DNA from: an uncultured delta proteobacterium
GTDB taxonomy: Bacteria > Desulfobacterota > Binatia > UBA9968
Reading direction: 5' to 3'
NCBI GenBank assembly: GCA_963847445.1
Contig: CAWJZV010000011.1
Location: forward strand, 98,658 to 162,657
Length of the DNA: 64,000 nt
Notes under the pieces: generated by a model
What the model saw: only the letters and a program-made list of their open reading frames with translations
The model's database searches: none
Told to the model about the DNA's origin: nothing
Shown: in pieces, positions 11,830-23,685 of the stretch
Layout of the letters: each line of letters opens with the position of its first letter
Position numbering within the stretch: the stretch's first letter is position 1
Made by a program: the position numbers and the translations under genes

Positions 11830-12084
11830 CGGGCGATTACGACGGAGGCGGTCCTGAGCTTTCTCAGCCTCGGCGTCGATCCGACGGTGCCCATCTGGGG
11901 CGGCAAGTTGCGCGCGGGCAGCCCTGACTTGCAGCTCCATCCGCATCTGCTGCTGTTTCCCGGACTACTCATCCTGGTGATGTTGGCAGTGCGGGGATTT
12001 AATGCTATGGGAGATGCAATTCGCGAGATTTTGGACCCCGTGCATGTTGAATCGGCTGCGCGGAGGCCGTACAACGTGAGTTAA
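11830..12084 (+). pseudogene. C-terminal remnant of an OppC/DppC permease
   Basis: AITTEAVLSFLSLGV...WG...FPGL...FNAMGDAIREILDP with no N-terminal half. Confidence 0.75.
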
Positions 12085-12105
12085 TCCAGACGCGACTTTG
12101 TCACC

Positions 12106-13107
12106 ATGGCGGATCTACTCCAGGTCAAAAACCTCCAGACTTCTTTCTTCACACCGGAAGGCGAAGTACGCGCCATCGACGGCATTAGCTTCGAGATCGA
12201 CGAGGGCAAGACCCTCGGGCTGGTCGGCGAGTCCGGCTGCGGCAAGAGCGTCACTTCGTTGTCGATCATGCGGTTGATCCCGTCGCCGCCGGGGAAAATT
12301 GTCGGCGGCGAGATCGTCTACCGCGGCAAAGATCTGCTCAAGCTCGGTAATGAGGAGATGCGCAAGATTCGCGGCAACGAGATCTCGATGATCTTCCAGG
12401 AGCCGATGACCTCGCTCAATCCGGTTTTTACCGTCGGCAATCAGATCGGCGAAGCGATCAAGCTGCACCAAGGGCTGAACAAGCAGGCGACTCGAGCGAA
12501 AACCATCGAAATGCTCCGGCTGGTGAAGATCGCCGATCCTGAATCCCGCGTCGATGCCTATCCGCATCAGTTGAGCGGCGGCATGCGCCAGCGGGTGATG
12601 ATCGCCATGGCGCTGTCGTGCAATCCTTCGCTCTTGATCGCCGATGAGCCGACCACCGCCCTCGATGTGACGATTCAAGCGCAGATCCTCGATCTGATGA
12701 AAGAGTTGCAGCAGAAGATCGGCATGGCTCTGTTGTTGATCACCCATGACCTCGGCGTGGTCGCCGAGCAGGCCGACGATGTCGCGATCATGTACGCCGG
12801 CAAGATGGTCGAGCGCTCGAACACGCGGGAGATTTTCACCAAGCCGTTTCATCCTTATACGGTGGGCCTGCTCAACTCCTTGCCGCGCACCGGCGGCGCG
12901 AAAAGGCATCGCTTGGACGCGATCCCCGGTGTGGTGCCCAACCCGCTCCATTTGCCGAGCGGTTGCCGCTTCCGCGATCGCTGCCCGAAGGCCGCCGATC
13001 TCTGCGCCCAGACCGAACCCGAGTTGGTGGAGCAAGAGCCGGGGCATACGGTGGCTTGTCATTTTCCGCATTCCGAGACGAGGTCGGGGGTTAATGCGGA
13101 AGTTTAA
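12106..13107 (+). CDS. oppD: Oligopeptide ABC transporter ATP-binding protein
   Basis: [36 protein letters not shown]. Confidence 0.95.
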   Translation: MADLLQVKNLQTSFFTPEGEVRAIDGISFEIDEGKTLGLVGESGCGKSVTSLSIMRLIPSPPGKIVGGEIVYRGKDLLKLGNEEMRKIRGNEISMIFQEPMTSLNPVFTVGNQIGEAIKLHQGLNKQATRAKTIEMLRLVKIADPESRVDAYPHQLSGGMRQRVMIAMALSCNPSLLIADEPTTALDVTIQAQILDLMKELQQKIGMALLLITHDLGVVAEQADDVAIMYAGKMVERSNTREIFTKPFHPYTVGLLNSLPRTGGAKRHRLDAIPGVVPNPLHLPSGCRFRDRCPKAADLCAQTEPELVEQEPGHTVACHFPHSETRSGVNAEV

Positions 13108-13110
13108 TCG

Positions 13111-13168
13111 AAGATGGAAGATGGAAGATGGAAGATGGAAGATCGCGATCCTTGATCCTCTATCCTCG
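13111..13168. repeat. Heptamer tandem-repeat hairpin
   Basis: AAGATGG x4, AAGATCG, then CGATCCT TGATCCT CTATCCT (imperfect inverted arm). Confidence 0.85.
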
Positions 13169-13185
13169 CCATGGGATTTTTGCCG

Positions 13186-14163
13186 ATGAGCTTGCTAGAA
13201 ATCCGCAACTTAAAAAAACACTTCCCGGTCGGCGAAGGACTGTTCTCGCGCGGCAAGGGCGCCGTCAAGGCGGTCGACGGCGTCAATTTGTCGATCGAAG
13301 AGGGCGAGACGCTCGGCTTGGTCGGCGAGTCGGGTTGCGGCAAATCGACCCTCGGGCGGACGATCCTGCGCTTGATCGAGCCGACCTCCGGCGAGATCAA
13401 TTTTCTCGGCAAGAATTTACTGTCGATGTCGCAGCGCGAGCTGCGCGACACCCGGCGCGAGATGCAAATTATCTTTCAAGATCCCTACGCCTCGCTCAAC
13501 CCGCGCATGCGCGTCGGCGACATCGTCGGCGAGGGGTTGGAGATTCACAAACTCGCCAAGGGCAAAGCCAAGCGCGAGCGGGTGATGGAGTTGCTCCACC
13601 AGGTCGGTCTGCGCGAGGATCACTTCGATCGCTATCCCCATGAGTTCAGCGGCGGCCAGCGCCAGCGCATCGGCATCGCCCGCGCCTTGGCGGTCAGTCC
13701 CAAATTTATCGTCTGCGATGAGCCGGTGTCGTCTCTCGATGTGTCGATCCAGGCGCAGATCATCAATCTGTTGCAGGAATTGCAAGAGAAGATGCATTTG
13801 ACTTATCTGTTCATCTCCCACGATCTGCGCGTCGTCGAACATATCAGCCATCGAGTAGCCATCATGTATCTCGGCAAGGTCGTCGAGATCGCCAAGAGCG
13901 ACACGATTTACCGTGACGCCAAGCATCCTTACACCCGGGCGCTGCTCTCCGCCGTGCCGATCCCCGACATGAGCAAGAAAAAAGAGCGCGTGGTGCTCGA
14001 AGGCGATGTGCCGAGCCCGGTCAATCCACCGCCCGGCTGCACCTTCCATCCGCGCTGCGCCTACCGCGAAGCCGCCTGCAGCCAGATCGAGCCGCCGCTG
14101 GAATTCAGCGCCGACGGCCATGGCGTATCCTGCCATGTGTTTGGGCCGGGCGCGCGGCGCTGA
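13186..14163 (+). CDS. oppF: Oligopeptide ABC transporter ATP-binding protein
   Basis: [29 protein letters not shown]. Confidence 0.95.
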   Translation: MSLLEIRNLKKHFPVGEGLFSRGKGAVKAVDGVNLSIEEGETLGLVGESGCGKSTLGRTILRLIEPTSGEINFLGKNLLSMSQRELRDTRREMQIIFQDPYASLNPRMRVGDIVGEGLEIHKLAKGKAKRERVMELLHQVGLREDHFDRYPHEFSGGQRQRIGIARALAVSPKFIVCDEPVSSLDVSIQAQIINLLQELQEKMHLTYLFISHDLRVVEHISHRVAIMYLGKVVEIAKSDTIYRDAKHPYTRALLSAVPIPDMSKKKERVVLEGDVPSPVNPPPGCTFHPRCAYREAACSQIEPPLEFSADGHGVSCHVFGPGARR

Positions 14164-14326
14164 GTCATTTCACGGCAATTTCGTGTTCGAAATAAGTTTC
14201 GCTTGCCGACATTTTTTTTACCTCAGCCGGGGAACCGACAGCCGATGCAGGGGTGCTTTGATCGCTCCTGTCGCCGGGTTCTAGCAGTGGCGCGTAGGTG
14301 CAAAGATTGCTGGAGGGTCTAACGCT

Positions 14327-17300
14327 ATGGCGCTCTCAAGTTTGCGTGATCTCAGAAAGTGGCCTGCACTGACAGGAGTCTTTCTCCTCTCGGCAATAGC
14401 TTTTTTTGCCACTCCGGTGCCGACCGGCGCGGCCACGCCGGAACCTGATGCCGCGACCACGAGGTTGTCTGAAACCAAGAGGGCCCAACGACTGGTGGCC
14501 GATCTGCCGCTTTATTTTATCGAGAATCGAGGCCAGCTCGATCGGCGGGCGGCGTACTACGTTCACGGACGCGACAAAGTCATTTATTTCACGGCCGGCG
14601 GTTTGACCGTAGTTCTGCACGGTCAGCGGCAGCAAGCCGCCGGATCACAAGCTGCCGCGGTTGTCAGTGCGAGCGGTAATATTGCTCCCGTCGCCGCGGC
14701 GCGTTGGGCGCTGCAGATCGATTTTGTCGATGCCGATCCCGCCGTCCGGCCCAGCGGCGAAAATCCTTCGACGGCGCTGATCAGTTATTTCAAGGGCCGT
14801 CCGGAGGAATGGCAGCCGGCTGTGAAAACCTTTACGCGGTTGGTTTACTCCGATTTGTGGCCCGGCATCGATCTGGTTTTCACCGGCGGCGCCAACCAGC
14901 TGAAATATCTCTTCGTCGTGAAGCCCGGGGCGGATCCCTCAGCCATCAAATTGCGCTACCGAGGCGCCGATTCCGTCGGAATAAATCGCAACGGTCAATT
15001 GGAAGTGCGCACGCCTTTGGGCGATCTCAAAGATGACAAGCCTACCGCCTACCAGGAACGGAGTTCGGAACTTGCCGATGTAGCCGTCGCGTACGATTTG
15101 CAATCGAGCGCGGCTGGCGAATCGCACCAGTATGGTTTTAAGCTCGCCGCCTATGATCGCTCGATTCCCTTAATCATCGATCCGGCGGTGTTTGTCTATG
15201 CAGGATTTATCGGCGGCAGCGGGGACGATCGCGGCAACGCGATTGCCGTGGACAGTGAGGGCAATGCTTACATCACTGGCGAAACCAATTCGCTCGAAAC
15301 GACATTTCCCGAGGTCGTGGGTCCTGACCGAACTTTCAACGGGACGGTCGACGCATTTGTCGCTAAGGTGAACGCCGCCGGGACGGCCTTGATCTACGCG
15401 GGATTTTTCGGCGGCACAGGTAACGACCGGGGCAAAGCCATCGCCGTGGATAGCGCGGGTAATGCCTACATCACCGGCGATACAACCTCCACCCAGAGCA
15501 GTTTCCCCGTGACCGTCGGCCCTGATCTAACACAGAATGGCGGGACGGATGCGTTCGTCGCCAAGGTGAATGGCTCCGGCACCGCGTTGTCCTACGCCGG
15601 CTTTATCGGTGGTAGCGGCAGCGATCAGGGCAACGCCATCGCGGTGGATAGTTCGAACCGGGCTTATGTCGCCGGGGCGACAAACTCCCTGGGCACCTCG
15701 TTCCCGGACGGGGACGGTTTTGGCGCGCTGGCGTCCTTCGATAGTACCGAAAGCGGCATACTCGATGGCTTTGTTGTCAGGGTGACGGCTAATGGTACAG
15801 CATTGGAATACGCCGGTTACATCGGTGGATCCGGCATCGATCAAGTCTTGGGAATCGCTGTGGATGGCGCGGCAGCGGCCTATGTCACCGGCGATACCAA
15901 TTCCAGCGCAGCGTCGTTTCCGGTCACCGGCGCTCTCGACGCCGTGCACAACGGTGGCGTCGATGCGTTTGTGGCAAAAGTTAATCCGACGGGTACGGCG
16001 TTAATTTACGCAGGCTTTCTTGGCGGTGTCGGCGATGATCAGGGTAAAGGTATCGCCATCCTGCCAGGGTGTGCGCTCAACTGCGAGGCTTATGTTGCCG
16101 GCGAAACCAATTCGACCGAAGCTTCGTTTCCCGTGACCGTCGGTCCGGATTTAACTCATAATGGCGGCATTGATGGCTTTGTCGCGAAGGTAAACGCCTC
16201 TGGCGCGTCGCTCGTTTACGCGGGTTACGTCGGTGGCAACAGCACCGATCGGGCAAACGGTATCGCGGTTGACTCAAGCGGCATCGCTCATCTCGTCGGT
16301 GAGACCGATTCCACCCAAGTAACGTTTCCCAATGGCAACGGTTTTGGTTTGCTTACGTCCAGTGACAATACCCACAACGGCGCAATCGATGGCTATGTCG
16401 TCGGCGTGAACGCAGCTGGTACGGCTTTACTCTATGCGAGTTACATCGGCGGCACTGGTATCGATCGCGGCAAAGGCATCGCCGGTGATGACGCCGGCGA
16501 TATTTATGTGACCGGGGAAAGCGAGGCGAATTCCGTGTCTTTTCCCATCGGTGGCGGTACAGGTCCGCTGGCGACCATTGATAATAGTCGCAACGGCGGA
16601 GTCGATGCTTTCGCGATAAAAATCTGCGTGACGGTTTGCCACGATCTCCAGCTCACCCAAGTAGACTCCCCCGACCCAGTCCGAGTCGGCGATAATCTGA
16701 CGTATACGGTAACAGTCACCAACAACGGGCCGGATGCCGCGGCCAATGTGGTGTTGACCGACCTATTACCGGCAACCGTGACGTTGGTTTCCGCGACTCC
16801 CAGCAGTGGGGCCTGTAGCGGCACGACTACGGTTACTTGTGCTCTGGGCAACCTGGCGGACGGAGCCAGCGGGACGGTAGTCGTCGTGGTTACGACTACG
16901 GCCAAGGGAACGTTAAGCAATGTCGTTACTGCGGATGCCGACGACACTGAGACTAACACTAGGAATAACCGGGACGAGGAGTTGACGGTTGCGACCTTTG
17001 CTAATCTGACGGTGCGCTCTTTGGCCGCGCCGGCGGCGGTATTACCGGGTGCGACAATTAATATAGACGACACCACTCAGAACTCCGGCGCGGTTGACGC
17101 CACCAGTGCTACGGTCACGCGGTTTTTACTCTCCAGCGATGCTCGAAAGGATGCTGGCGATATCATTCTCAACACCAGGGCGGTGCCGGCGTTAGCGAAG
17201 AAACAGAGCAGCACGGCGACAACCGCAGTCACGATACCTGGCGGCACGGCGCTGGGCCGGTATTTTATCATCGCGGTGGCCGACGATGACGCGGCGATCG

Positions 17301-17699
17301 TCGAAACCAACGAGCGCAACCAAAGAAGCCGCAGGATAACCGTGACCCGGCCCGATCTCAGAGTTTCCTCGTTGCGCACTCCCGCGTCGGTAGTCGCGGG
17401 AGCAAACCTGACGATTCAAGATACCACTCGAAACGACGACCTGGTCGATGGTGGCGCCAGCACCACGAAGTTTTATCTATCGACGGACAACGTTATTTGA
17501 CGGCGGCGATGTCCTGCTCGGTGGCCGCGCGGTGCCGGGGCTTGGAGCGCGTGCCACAAGCGCGGTATCAACCACCGTGACGATTCCGGCGATCGCGCCG
17601 GGCCGCTACTTCGTGCTTGCTGTGGCCGACGGCGATGCCAATGTCGTCGAATCCGACGAAGGCAATAACGCTCGCAGCCGTGCGCTTACGGTGAAATAG
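14327..17699 (+). CDS. Secreted SBBP beta-propeller protein with DUF11 and two CARDB-like domains (frameshift near 17495)
   Basis: Signal peptide; FIENRGQ N-terminal domain; seven repeats of YAGFIGGSG.D.G..IAVD..G.AY.TG.T; DSPDPVRVGDNLTYTVTVTNNGP; two GRYF..AVAD...E..E.N domains. Confidence 0.85.
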
Positions 17700-17716
17700 C
17701 GGTCTGCTGTGGTCGG

Positions 17717-17744
17717 TTGATTTAGCCGTCGTCGATGGTAAAAT
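17717..17744 (+). promoter_or_regulatory. Candidate sigma70 promoter for greA
   Basis: TTGATT-16 nt-TAAAAT with an extended -10 TG. Confidence 0.5.
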
Positions 17745-17787
17745 AATCTACAGGTTTAGCAGCTGGGGAAAATCTAAGATTTTATTC

Positions 17788-17826
17788 AAGGCCTCTCGGG
17801 AGAGATTCCGAGGGGTTTTTATTTTG
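17788..17826 (+). terminator. Intrinsic terminator upstream of greA
   Basis: GCCTCTCGGGA-GAGA-TTCCGAGGGG followed by TTTTTATTTT. Confidence 0.75.
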
Positions 17827-17842
17827 TCTAGGAGTTGACGGT

Positions 17843-18325
17843 ATGGCAGATGCAAGCGTCCCGATGACCAGCAAGGGGTTCCAGTTTTTGATGGAGGAGC
17901 TCAAGCGCTTGAAGAGCGTCGAGCGGCCGAAGAACATCCGTGACATCGAAGAGGCGCGCGATCACGGCGATCTTTCGGAAAACGCCGAGTTTCACGCCGC
18001 CAAGGAGCGCCAGTCCTTGCTCGACTTCCAGATCCGCGAGATGGAAGACAAGATCGCCCGCGCTCAGGTCATCGATGTTTCCAAACTGTCCGGCGATAAA
18101 GTTCTCTTCGGCGCGACGGTCAGTTTGGCGGATGGTGCTACCGGGGACAAGGTGGTATACAAAATCGTCGGCGATCATGAGGCGGAGCCGAAGAACGGTA
18201 AAATCTCGGTCAGTTCTCCCATCGCGCGGGCGTTGATCGGCAAGAGCGAGGGGGACGAAGTTCAGGTCCGCACTCCCACGGGCGTTCGCACGTTCGATGT
18301 ACTCGGCGTGGAGTTTATCGACTAG
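17843..18325 (+). CDS. greA: Transcription elongation factor GreA
   Basis: HGDLSENAEFHAAK, ISVSSPIARALIGK; RBS AGGAG. Confidence 0.97.
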   Translation: MADASVPMTSKGFQFLMEELKRLKSVERPKNIRDIEEARDHGDLSENAEFHAAKERQSLLDFQIREMEDKIARAQVIDVSKLSGDKVLFGATVSLADGATGDKVVYKIVGDHEAEPKNGKISVSSPIARALIGKSEGDEVQVRTPTGVRTFDVLGVEFID

Positions 18326-18366
18326 ATAGCTGGTGCCGGTGGGGCGGGCCTGCCTGGAAGGGAAAG

Positions 18367-20394
18367 ATGTCCTTTTCAGCCGCACAGGCTGCTCCGAATA
18401 GAATCTCATCGCGGTGTTCCGCCGCGTGGCTTTTCCTCTTTGTTTTTTTCCAAGAGCGGATTCTTCGCGGCGCATGGTCTAGCGTAGCGCCGGCAATTTT
18501 TGTCTTGCTGTTCTTAGCGCTAATGGCGGTTCCGGCCGGCGCGGAAATTGCCATCGAAGCGCGGGTCGGCTTCCACGGCGTGTTTCAACTGGGACGGCCC
18601 TTTCCGTTGGAAATCGAGCTCAGCAACTCCGGCCGCCCGGCTGAAGGCACGCTTGACGTGCAGGTCTGGAAGGGCGGCGCGACCAAGGGCGGCACGCCTT
18701 ATCCAGTCAAGTACCGGCGCGAAGTGTTTCTCGCCGCGCAGTCGCGCAAGACGGTCCAATTTACCGTCGATCCGGATTTTATCAGCCGGCCGCTGACCAT
18801 TTCTATTCTCCAGCGCTAGCGGCAATGCCGCGCGCGAGATCGATCTGCGGCGCTATTTTTCGCCGGCGCCGGTGCTGTTGTTGGTCAACGATAGCGGCTC
18901 GCTGCCGCCCATCGCTCTCGGGCCGACGGCGCAGAGCCGGCTAGTCGCGCTTTCCCTGAAGCGAACTCGCCGCCGATGCGCGGGCGCTGCTCGGCGTGTC
19001 CCATGTGATTCTCTACGATCAATCGCTGCGCGATCTGTCGCGGCCGCAGTTGCTCGCCCTCGACACCTGGCTCAGCGCCGGCGGCAGGATGGTCATCATC
19101 GGCAGTCTCAATTATGCGCTCTACCAGGAGCCGGTGATCAGCCGCTTCCTGCCGGTGCAGGTCAGCGGCACCCGGCGCATCGCCTTCACACCCGCCCATG
19201 GCAAAGACGAGAAAGTCGTGACCATCGCCGATGTTTGGGCGCAGGTGTCGGCGCCGCTCAAGGGTCAAGTGCTGGCGCAGTCCCAGGGGGTGCCGGTGCT
19301 GGTCGAAGCGGCGCGCGGCCGCGGTAGGATTATCTATCTCTCACTCGATATCGGCCGGCCGCCGTTGTCGCAGTGGCCGGGCTTGGCGAAATATTTGCAA
19401 ACGTTACTGGCTGTGGGCGGTGTCGATGAGCCAGTGGCGCGGGCGGAGTGGAATGACACGATCTTTACGCAGCTGATCACCAGCCCCACGTTCATTTCGA
19501 CCTATGTGCCTTATGGTTCGCTGTTTCTCGTCATCGTGGTCTATCTCCTGGCGATCGGATTGCTCAGCTGGGTATGGCAGCGCGGCCGGCTGGCGACGAT
19601 GCAGACAATCATTTCCCTGCTTTTGTTGGTGACGGGGGGTAGCGCCGTGGGCTATGTTTATTTTAGCCGCGGCGGTCATATCCCCGACGGTGTCTTGTTG
19701 TCGTCGACGGTGTTGGAGAGCGACGCCGACGGCTTCGTCGACGCCCAGGCCAATCTGGCGTTGTTTTCCACCCAGCCGCGCCAGTATAACCTGCAAATGG
19801 AGCGTGGCTGGATGGAGTTCACGCCGCTCTCGAACCGGCCGCGCGGGCCGCAGGAAGCGCCGGTGTTGAGCCAAGAGGGCGGCGGCGTGAGCCGCTTCCA
19901 AATACCGTTGCGCGAGTGGGACTACCGCTTGTTTCGCCTGCGCTATGTCGACAGCTTCCGATTGCGCGCGGAGTTCAACGTTCAAGGCGATAAGTTGACC
20001 ATGAAGATCGACAACCAGAGCGGCAAGGATTTGCTCGACTGCACGCTACTCTTGCCGGGGCAGCGCCACCCGTTGGGCGAGATCCGGCGCGGCGCGCGGT
20101 TGGATAGAGAATTTTCTCTGGCGCCGCCAGCCGGCAGTAACGGCGCGGCGGGCCGCACCGAGAGTCGTCAACTTGCGCGAAGTGAGTTTTGCCAACAAGA
20201 CCCGCGACATTTTGTTTCATTCGTCGTTTTTTCCGCGCGACGGCGATAGCCGGTGGAGCAGCGGCGCGGCGGTGTTCTTCGCTTGGGTAAAAGATCCGGC
20301 GCCGCGGGTGCAGGTCAATGACCCGCGCATTCAAGTCCAGGACTACGCGCTGTTTCGCGCCATCATCCCGCTTGCGCGCGGGGAGGAAGAATGA
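18367..20394 (+). CDS. Membrane-anchored hypothetical protein of the MoxR/VWA operon, with a GATase-like domain (frameshifted, start uncertain)
   Basis: Fragments 18367, 18872, 18996 and 20173 join up; LDTWLSAGGRMVIIG, GRGRIIYL, two TM helices. Confidence 0.6.
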
Positions 20395-21140
20395 CCCGCA
20401 ATCCAATCTGGCGCGAAAGCGTCGCGATTTACTTCGCCGAGGGGCATGGTTTCCAGGTCTATTTTTATCTTCTCATCATCCTCGCGCCGGTGGAGTTTTT
20501 CTCGTTGTACATTCCGTCTCTCGACGCGCAGATGTGGAGCGGCTCGGCGAGCTTGTTCAAAGTCTGCGCCGTGACGGCGCAGTTTCTGCTGATTTATTTT
20601 TCCTTGCGGGTGGCCAATCAGGAGTTCGCGCCCTGGCGCTTCAAACCGCTGCGTCTATGGATTCGCGACGAGGGACAATCGGTTGAGAGCGATCGGTCGC
20701 GGCCAACGGGACTTTCTCGTCACCCATGTGGATTATCTCGGTGCTGCTGCTTGTGCCGTTGTTAGCCTGGGCCGGCGCGATCGCGCGCACGCCGCCCGCC
20801 AGCATCGCCGGCACCATGCTGCTGCTCTTGTTCTACGCCCTCAGCTATGGCGTTTGGGGCCTGGCCGCTCTGGCACTGTGGGAGCGGCGAATGGAGAACC
20901 GCCAGGTGTTCGTTCGTTGCCTGTTCGCCGCCTTGGTCATTATTAACCGCGTTGTTTTATGGAACGATTAATCCGGTGATGTTTCTCGTCGCCTTTCTCA
21001 GTCGCCAAGAGTTGGCGCCCTTGGCGATTTTCGGCTGGCAGTTGCCGGCGAGCTGGGTTCATTTCGGCTTTCATCTGTTCCTCGGCGGCGCCGGTTATCG
21101 GTTGCACCGTTGGGCGCTAAAAAAGGAACTGGTCGGATGA
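20391..21140 (+). CDS. Multi-pass membrane protein, ABC-2 permease-like (frameshifted)
   Basis: N-terminal NPIWRE motif and about 6 TM segments across three fragments. Confidence 0.55.
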
Positions 21141-22556
21141 TGGCGGATGCGACTTTAGTTGAGCAAAAATTCGCCGAGCTGCTTGCGCTGGGAACGGCAA
21201 AAGCGGCGCGAGCAGATACTCGTCCTCGCGGCTGGCGTAGCCTTGGCTTTGGCGGTTCTGTTGTCGCCGCTGCACGTTCTTTTACCTTGGCGCGGGCTGC
21301 GCTGGATTGTTCCCTTTGTGTTGCTGACTGGATTGGCCCCGCTGTTTTTCTATTACCGGCACTGGCGCGGGGTCGATGCGACTCGGGCGCTAGTCGAACT
21401 CGACCGCAAGCTCGGCTTGGACGAGCGCGCGGTGACGGCGTGGGAGCTGGCTGGGCGCGGCGACCGGAGCGCCGCGGCGCAGCTGGTTTTCCACCAAACC
21501 GAATACCGCTTGCGCTCCGTCCAACCGCGTAGCCTGTTCCCTCGGCGGTTAGGCTGGCCGGCTTATACCGCTGTGCCGCTGTTGCTGGTCTGGTTCGCGC
21601 TGCTGTGGTTTGACTTCGATCAGCCGTTCTCTCAGCAGCCGTCGGCTGTGGCGCAAAGCTTGGCGCAGCAGCTGCGCGAGTTTGCCCGCGACTTTCAGGA
21701 AAAAGCTAAAGCCGAAGGGCTGCGCGAAAGTTTGCAGCTCGCCCAAGAGTTGGCAAAGGTCGCGGAGAAAAACCTCGCCGAGAAAGCCAACGACGAACAG
21801 CTCAAGAAAGATTTGGCCGGCGTGAAGCAAAAGCTCGACGCGACGGGCAAGTCCGGTCAGCAAAACCAAGCGGTCGGCGGCGCCGAGAGCGAGCAAAGTC
21901 TCAAGGATTTAAGAGCCGAGCTCGAGGCGGCGCGCGACATGCTGAACCTTCCCGACGGCGTAAAGGCGCCGCAGCAGTGGATGGACCGATTAGCTTCAAT
22001 GCCGCAGCTGCGCAAACAGCTCGACCGTGAGCGCCAACAGCGCGAAGATGGCAAGGGGCTGGGACAGCAAGCGTTGCAGTCGCTGCTCGATCGTCTCGAT
22101 CAGCAGGTGGCCGGCGCCTTGGACCGGCGCGCGCTCATCGACGCGCAACAATTTCTCGAACAGATGATGCAACCAGGCCAAGGCAAGGAGAATAACCAGG
22201 CCGCGCAGATGGCCGGCCGCGGCGAGCGCGATGAAGCCGGCGACGGCGAGCGCGAAAAAAATCACAGCAACCTGCCCGGCAAAGAACCGGGGAAAAACGA
22301 CGACAATCTCAGATCGCTGCCGCAGTTTCGCGCCGACACGCGCACTCAGATCAAAGGACAGTTGGGCGATGGCGAGAGCAGCGGTGTGGTGTTCAAAGGC
22401 AAGCCGACACCGGGGAAAAGCGAACTCGCGCCGCAAGCAGTGGTCGCCAACTACCGGCGCCAGGCGGAGCAGGAACTCAATTCGGAAAAGGTGCCGGCGG
22501 CGCTCAAAGAGACGGTGCGAAAATATTTTCTGTCGTTGGAGGAGAGTAAGAGATAG
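21137..22556 (+). CDS. Membrane-anchored coiled-coil protein, DUF4175-like
   Basis: LDRKLGLDERAVTAWE, three TM helices, Q/E-rich coiled coil, C-terminal VP..LKETVRKYF. Confidence 0.7.
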
Positions 22557-22570
22557 GCGCGAGTATGGAA

Positions 22571-22650
22571 ATGGAGTAATGGAGTGATGGAGTACTGGAG
22601 TGTTGCTTCCGGACCCATGACTGCACCACTCCAATACTCCATCACTCCAA
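22571..22650. repeat. Octamer tandem-repeat hairpin
   Basis: TGGAGTAA TGGAGTGA TGGAGTAC TGGAGTGT, then inverted CACTCCA ATACTCCA TCACTCCA. Confidence 0.85.
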
Positions 22651-22673
22651 TTCTCAGCTGAGGAGAGCCGTTC

Positions 22674-23678
22674 ATGGAATCGCTTGTGGATATCGAACGA
22701 CGCATCGACAGTGCGCGGCGCACTTTCGCCGATGTCAAGGCGGAGATCGCCCGGGTCATCGTCGGCCATGAGGAATTGATCGAGCAGGTGTTTGTCGCGC
22801 TGGTGTGCGGCGGCCATTGCCTGCTCGAAGGCGTGCCGGGGCTGGGCAAGACGCTGATGGTGCGCAGCTTGGGCGAGATTCTGAGCCTGAGTTTTTCGCG
22901 CATTCAGTTCACGCCCGATCTCATGCCGGCGGATATCACCGGCACCAACATGCTGACCGACGATCCCTCGGGGCGAAAGCTTTTTGAGTTTCAGCGCGGT
23001 CCGGTGTTCGCCCATGTGGTGCTCGCCGACGAGATCAACCGGGCGACGCCGAAGACGCAGTCGGCGTTGCTCGAAGCGATGCAGGAGCAAGGCGTCACCG
23101 TCGGCGGCAAGCTGCACCGCTTGGAGAATCCTTTCATGGTCTTGGCGACGCAGAATCCCATCGAGATGGAAGGCACCTATCCGCTGCCCGAGGCGCAGGT
23201 GGACCGGTTCTTTTTCAAATTGATCCTGCAGTATCCCAGCCATACGGAGTTAACTCGCATCGCCGATCTGACCACGGCAGCGCCGCCGTCGCCGCTGCGG
23301 GAAATTCTCGACGCCGATGGGATTCTGCAATTGCGCCAGTGGGTGCGCGAAGTGCCGCTCGCCGATGTCGTCAAGGACTACGCGGTGCGCCTGATCATGA
23401 GTACCCATGCCCAACAGGAGAAAAACGGCGGTGAATCTTTGGCCCAGCGCTACGTCATGTACGGATCGAGCCCGCGCGGTTTACAAAGCGTCATTCTCGC
23501 CGCCAAGGCGCGGGCGCTGTTCGCCGGCCGGCCCAATGTCTCTTTCGAAGACATTCGCGCCATGTTGCTGCCGAGTTTGCGCCACCGCTTGATTCTCAAC
23601 TTGGAAGCCGACGCCGACGGCGTCAGTTCGGAAAAAATCTTGGCTGAATTGATCACCCATGTGGCGGAAGTGGCGTGA
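22674..23678 (+). CDS. moxR: MoxR family AAA+ ATPase
   Basis: EGVPGLGKT, RIQFTPDLMPADITG, LADEINRATPKTQSALLEAM, ATQNPIEMEGTYPLPEAQVDRF. Confidence 0.97.
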   Translation: MESLVDIERRIDSARRTFADVKAEIARVIVGHEELIEQVFVALVCGGHCLLEGVPGLGKTLMVRSLGEILSLSFSRIQFTPDLMPADITGTNMLTDDPSGRKLFEFQRGPVFAHVVLADEINRATPKTQSALLEAMQEQGVTVGGKLHRLENPFMVLATQNPIEMEGTYPLPEAQVDRFFFKLILQYPSHTELTRIADLTTAAPPSPLREILDADGILQLRQWVREVPLADVVKDYAVRLIMSTHAQQEKNGGESLAQRYVMYGSSPRGLQSVILAAKARALFAGRPNVSFEDIRAMLLPSLRHRLILNLEADADGVSSEKILAELITHVAEVA

Positions 23679-23685
23679 CGGATAT

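Noticed and set aside
12115-14136. Long antisense ORFs, e.g. 12115..13071, 13417..14136, also 21996..23243 and 38465..39544
   Set aside because: Shadow ORFs opposite well-supported genes in GC-rich DNA, with no recognisable motifs
15190-16620. Periodic repeats as a CRISPR-like or nucleotide array
   Set aside because: They are protein-level SBBP blades; there are no identical DNA repeats with unique spacers and no cas genes in the window
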